From a virus (taxonomy: Duplodnaviria > Caudoviricetes): a stretch of DNA of 30,647 nucleotides. The stretch lies in IMG/VR virus record IMGVR_UViG_3300042402_001448, positions 1 to 30,647 of that record; one strand, 5' to 3'. The position numbers were made by a program, and so were the translations under genes. Positions 26,934 to 30,647 of this stretch are shown here, piece after piece (position 1 is the first letter of the stretch; every line of letters begins with the position of its first letter). The notes under the pieces are model-generated. The model was given only the letters and a program-made list of their open reading frames with translations. It was not told where the DNA came from and searched no databases.

Positions 26934-29015
26934 ATGCCATATATTGTAAATTTTACCGATAACGAAAATAAGACACCAATCACGGTGTATGATAACACCT
27001 CAAACACAGATACCAGTTTGACATTTCCAGGAAGAAATGTTACCGGGTATGGTCAAACTATTGGTCAAAATTTCCTAGCTCTGTTAGAAAATTTTGCAGG
27101 CCCGTCTGAACCAGTTAACCCAATTGAGGGTCAGTTATGGTTCGATACCGACACAAGAACACTACAAATCTATGACGGTGTTGCCTGGAAAGCGGCTAGC
27201 GACATTCAAAAGAGTGTTGTAGCTCCTTCTGTTGAACAAAGCAAAGTTGGCGAACTTTGGGTAGATACCGTAAATCAACAACTATATGTTTTTTCAGGTA
27301 CTGACTGGATTTTAGTTGGACCTAATTTTTCAACAGGACTATTAAGTGGTCCTTTAGTTGAACAGATTATAGACACTAATAACACTACCAAGGTAGTTTT
27401 AACTTTTTATGTAGAAGATAAACCGGTTGTAATTATTAGCAAAGACAGTTTCACTCCAAAAAATTCTATTACGGGTTTCCTTGCAATTAGGTCAGGTGTG
27501 AATATGTCGGCCACAACAGATCTCGGACTAGGGGGATTTTCTCCTAAACTGTACGGAACAGCGACTTCGGCAGACGGATTAAATGTCAGTGGTGTAGTAA
27601 TTGACAGTGGTAAATTCCTTAGATCAGATATTATCAATACTACTGAATTTGGTTTGAACATAAGAAATAATTCAGGTATCAATATTGGAGTAGACAGTTC
27701 ATTTAATCTTTCTAACTCGGCCACTGCTGCTAAAATTTATAATTCTTCAGCAGGAAGCAGTATTGATATTCAACTAAATTCTGACGGTATACCTAACACA
27801 GTATTAAGAGTGATTGATAATAAAGTTGGAGTTAACAATCTTAGTCCACAAGAATCGTTAGACGTAAATGGCAATACTAAAATTAGTGGAAACTTAGTTG
27901 TTGATAGCACAGTAGGAACTACCAATCTTAGCAACGGCTCAATTAGAACTGCCGGAGGATTAGCGGTAACTAAAAATGCATTAATCGGCACAACTTTAGA
28001 AGTGATTGGAACCACTACCGCAAGGAATATTGATCCAGCATTAAACGATACTTTTGAATTTGGTAGTGTTACTAAACGTTGGAAAACAATTAGAGCACAG
28101 ACTATTATAGCAGAAACTATAGAAGGAGTTCTAGGAGGAGACATCAGCGGTAATGCTGTAACTGCTACTAGTTTACAAAATACCACATCATTCTCTATTA
28201 CGGGAGATATAGCGTCAACGGCTCCGATAACTTTTAACGGTAGCACAGGCGGCTATACAAAAACATTTAACACAATACTTTCTTCTTCTATTATCAGTAG
28301 TAAAGCAGAACCTATTCCTAATAGATCTAAAACAGATGATTTTGTTTTAGTTTTTAGATCAAGTACCAGCGGACTACTTAAACAATCCAGAGATACTTTT
28401 ATAGCTGATCTAGGATTGCCAATCGGTGCTATTCTGCCTTATGCAGGTTCTAGTGCTCCTTATGGATTTTTGTTCTGTGATGGTGGCGAAGTAGAAAGAG
28501 GAAAATTTTCTGATTTATACGATATCATAGGCACCACCTACAACGGTAATGACCCATTAGTTGGCGTTAATACTTTTAGAATTCCTGATCTAAGAGGCAG
28601 ATTTCCGCTAGGAAGAGATAACATGGATAACGGTATTACGGTGCCCAACAGCACCGGCGGATATGTAGAAGGCGGTGGCGGAGTAGTAGGAAGAGTATCT
28701 GGAACTGAACCTCAGAATGTTGGACAGGCCAGCGGTGCATCGACTCAAACACTGTTGATTAGAAATCTCCCAGATCATGAACACGATATGGTAGGTAGCA
28801 CAGGCGGTCAATATGCTGCTGTAAAATTAGACACCGCTTTGCCTACTGATTTCGGTGCATTTTTAGATGCAGGACCAACAGCAGCTGGTAAATTTAATTA
28901 TCTACCTAACTCGGGAGGTATCAAAACTAATAGTCCGTTAAGTGACGCATTTTCATTGATGAATCCGTTCCTAACTATAAACTACATTATTAGGTCAGGC
29001 CCACCTGCATTCTAA
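26934..29015 (+). CDS. Tail fibre protein with C-terminal phage tail-collar domain (short-fibre/gp12-like tip)
   Basis: N-terminal LLENFA...P.NPIEGQLWFD and GELWVD repeats; collar domain PIGAILPYAGSSAPYGFLFCDG...LYDIIGTTY...FRIPDLRGRFPLG; LPDHEH metal-binding motif; terminal NPFLTINYIIR. SD GAGG upstream. Confidence 0.85.
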   Translation: MPYIVNFTDNENKTPITVYDNTSNTDTSLTFPGRNVTGYGQTIGQNFLALLENFAGPSEPVNPIEGQLWFDTDTRTLQIYDGVAWKAASDIQKSVVAPSVEQSKVGELWVDTVNQQLYVFSGTDWILVGPNFSTGLLSGPLVEQIIDTNNTTKVVLTFYVEDKPVVIISKDSFTPKNSITGFLAIRSGVNMSATTDLGLGGFSPKLYGTATSADGLNVSGVVIDSGKFLRSDIINTTEFGLNIRNNSGINIGVDSSFNLSNSATAAKIYNSSAGSSIDIQLNSDGIPNTVLRVIDNKVGVNNLSPQESLDVNGNTKISGNLVVDSTVGTTNLSNGSIRTAGGLAVTKNALIGTTLEVIGTTTARNIDPALNDTFEFGSVTKRWKTIRAQTIIAETIEGVLGGDISGNAVTATSLQNTTSFSITGDIASTAPITFNGSTGGYTKTFNTILSSSIISSKAEPIPNRSKTDDFVLVFRSSTSGLLKQSRDTFIADLGLPIGAILPYAGSSAPYGFLFCDGGEVERGKFSDLYDIIGTTYNGNDPLVGVNTFRIPDLRGRFPLGRDNMDNGITVPNSTGGYVEGGGGVVGRVSGTEPQNVGQASGASTQTLLIRNLPDHEHDMVGSTGGQYAAVKLDTALPTDFGAFLDAGPTAAGKFNYLPNSGGIKTNSPLSDAFSLMNPFLTINYIIRSGPPAF

Positions 29016-29025
29016 AGGATAAAAA

Positions 29026-30647
29026 ATGGCGTATTCGATTAATAAAACAGACGGAACACTATTAGCTACTGTAGCTGACGGTCAAGTTGATGACTTAACA
29101 ACTGACATTACCTTAATAGGAAAAAATTACAGCGGCTTTGGTGAATCATTAAATGAAAATTTTATAAAACTCTTAGAAAATTTTGCAAGTACTAGTAGAC
29201 CCGAAAATCCAATTAGAGGTCAGATATGGTTTGATTCCAGCGAAGCAAAACTAAAAGTTTATACTGGTACAGGATTTGTTCCGGTAAGCTCGGCTAGTAT
29301 TTCAAATTCTCAGCCCGCTCAACCGGGCGCCGGAGATTTATGGTTTAATAACATTAGTAAACAATTATATTTTTATGACGGCGTTGGTTTTATTTTGCTT
29401 GGTCCTGCTTATTCTCAGGCACAAGGACTTAGTGGATTCAAAGTTGAAACTATTTTAGATTCGTTAAATGCATCCCGTGTTGTAACCTACTTATATAATA
29501 ATGGAATTTTGTTAGGAATATTTGCCAAAGACACATTTACGCCTAAATTAAACATCGAAGGTTTTAGCGGAAGTATTGTTCCTGGATTTAATGCCGGAAC
29601 ACTAACAGGTATCAAATTTAATGTCACAGCAACTAATGCAGATCGACTTGATAATGTTACTTCATCTCTTTATGCCCGTCGCGACCAAGCAAACAATTTT
29701 GCAGAACCGTTGATTATTACCAACAACAGCGGACTTAACGTAGGAGCTGGTACTGAAGGAGCATTTAACGTTGCCGCCGGTAATGTGAGATTGTACAACA
29801 CAGCTTCAAATAAGAATCTTAGTTTTGCTGTACAAAAAGGAGTTGTAAGTGAAACAGCAGTTAATATTGTTTCACCAACTCGAGAAGTAAAAATTTATGA
29901 CGGATTTACTGATAGTTTAACCACAGTTGGGGGTAGTTTAACAGTGGTAGGTGACCTTGTGGTTCAAGGAAATACTACCACAATTAATACCAGCGTACTT
30001 ACTATCGAAGACAAAAATGTTGTTTTGGCTAGTCTTGGTGATAGTTCTTCTAATACCGATGAATATGCCGACGGTGGTGGCCTTATTTTGAAAGGAACTA
30101 GTGATCATGAATTTACTTGGGATAAAAATATTGGATGGTTCAGCACAGAAAATATCAATTTAGCCGCAGGTCAAAATTATAAAATTGCTGGAAATACAGT
30201 GTTAACTTCAACACAATGTTTTTCAAGTTCTTTTCCTAATTTAAACAACGTAGGAACTTTGATAAATTTGTCAGTAGACAATATTTTTATAGACAATCAA
30301 AGAATATCTACAGTAGGTTCTAACGATCTAGAGCTAGCACCCGATGGCACTGGAAACATTGTATTAATTGGTTCACCTTTGTTAACAGGATTGATTACTA
30401 CTAGTCAAAATTCTCCTATACAAACTACTGAAAATACTGGATCAATCGGCACTGCATTGAGTGCTACTGAATTATCCGAAGCCACAAATAAAAGATATGT
30501 GCTAAATTTTGTAAGAAGAAGGTCTTTGGTATTCAGTATCGATGTATCAGATTTCCCAACTGACGGCGATATTGCTATAATTTTAACAAGTCTAGCTCCT
30601 GTAAACGAATACGAAAACGGCACATTGGCTAGGATTTTATGTACAAG
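29026..30647 (+). CDS. Second tail fibre-like protein, paralog of 26934-29015 (truncated by window end, at least 540 aa)
   Basis: Not in the ORF track; translated by hand from ATG 29026 (SD AAGGA): MAYSINKTDGTLLATVADG...LIGKNYSGFGESLNENFIKLLENFASTSRPENPIRGQIWFDS...GDLWFNNISKQLYFYDG...GDLVVQGNTTTINTSVLTIEDKNVVL...ADGGGLILKG...; no stop codon to the end of the window. Confidence 0.88.
   Translation, partial: MAYSINKTDGTLLATVADGQVDDLTTDITLIGKNYSGFGESLNENFIKLLENFASTSRPENPIRGQIWFDSSEAKLKVYTGTGFVPVSSASISNSQPAQPGAGDLWFNNISKQLYFYDGVGFILLGPAYSQAQGLSGFKVETILDSLNASRVVTYLYNNGILLGIFAKDTFTPKLNIEGFSGSIVPGFNAGTLTGIKFNVTATNADRLDNVTSSLYARRDQANNFAEPLIITNNSGLNVGAGTEGAFNVAAGNVRLYNTASNKNLSFAVQKGVVSETAVNIVSPTREVKIYDGFTDSLTTVGGSLTVVGDLVVQGNTTTINTSVLTIEDKNVVLASLGDSSSNTDEYADGGGLILKGTSDHEFTWDKNIGWFSTENINLAAGQNYKIAGNTVLTSTQCFSSSFPNLNNVGTLINLSVDNIFIDNQRISTVGSNDLELAPDGTGNIVLIGSPLLTGLITTSQNSPIQTTENTGSIGTALSATELSEATNKRYVLNFVRRRSLVFSIDVSDFPTDGDIAIILTSLAPVNEYENGTLARILCT

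Noticed and set aside
306-30623. Short overlapping or antisense ORFs in the track (e.g. 306-575, 2679-3017, 7164-7670, 9870-10346, 27770-28246, 30405-30623)
   Set aside because: All overlap well-supported genes, mostly as antisense shadows of the real frame, and show no recognisable motifs or start signals.
2443-30647. Cluster as a bacterial contractile injection system (eCIS, T6SS or tailocin)
   Set aside because: It is directly linked to T4-like gp55/gp47/gp46 and carries T4-type late promoter motifs, which indicates a phage genome; no cellular genes are present.
1-30647. Stop-codon reassignment (no called gene ends in TAG)
   Set aside because: Genes tile the window with gaps of a few nt under the standard code and none is fragmented. 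Nine TAA and two TGA stops are unremarkable in AT-rich DNA.
1-30647. CRISPR array, tRNA/rRNA, intron, intein, homing endonuclease, DGR or IS element
   Set aside because: No intergenic gap exceeds 71 bp, no nucleotide-level tandem repeats were seen, and no splicing, reverse-transcriptase, HNH/GIY-YIG or transposase motifs were recognised by eye.

Overview
AT-rich, gene-dense fragment of a large T4-related (myovirus/jumbo-like) tailed phage genome, read in the standard genetic code. The left 2.4 kb (minus strand) holds a gp55-like late sigma factor, a gp47 (Mre11/SbcD) nuclease and the 5' part of a gp46 (Rad50/SbcC) ATPase. A 71-bp intergenic region with divergent promoters separates these from a plus-strand contractile-tail baseplate cluster: tube-initiator-like gene, gp53/LysM-like, gp27-like hub, gp5-like spike with no lysozyme, gp25, an enlarged gp6, a 4888-aa gp7-like protein, a small baseplate/fibre-attachment protein and two paralogous fibre genes (the second is cut by the window end and missing from the ORF track). 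The most notable observations are (i) the 4888-aa protein, with a 7-bladed FG-GAP propeller whose loops carry inserted carbohydrate-binding-like and other modules, (ii) a sigma70-type promoter for the late sigma gene that overlaps an opposite-strand late promoter (AATAAATA), and (iii) promoter geometry suggesting leaderless mRNAs. All family calls come from motifs recognised by eye and from gene order; no searches were run.
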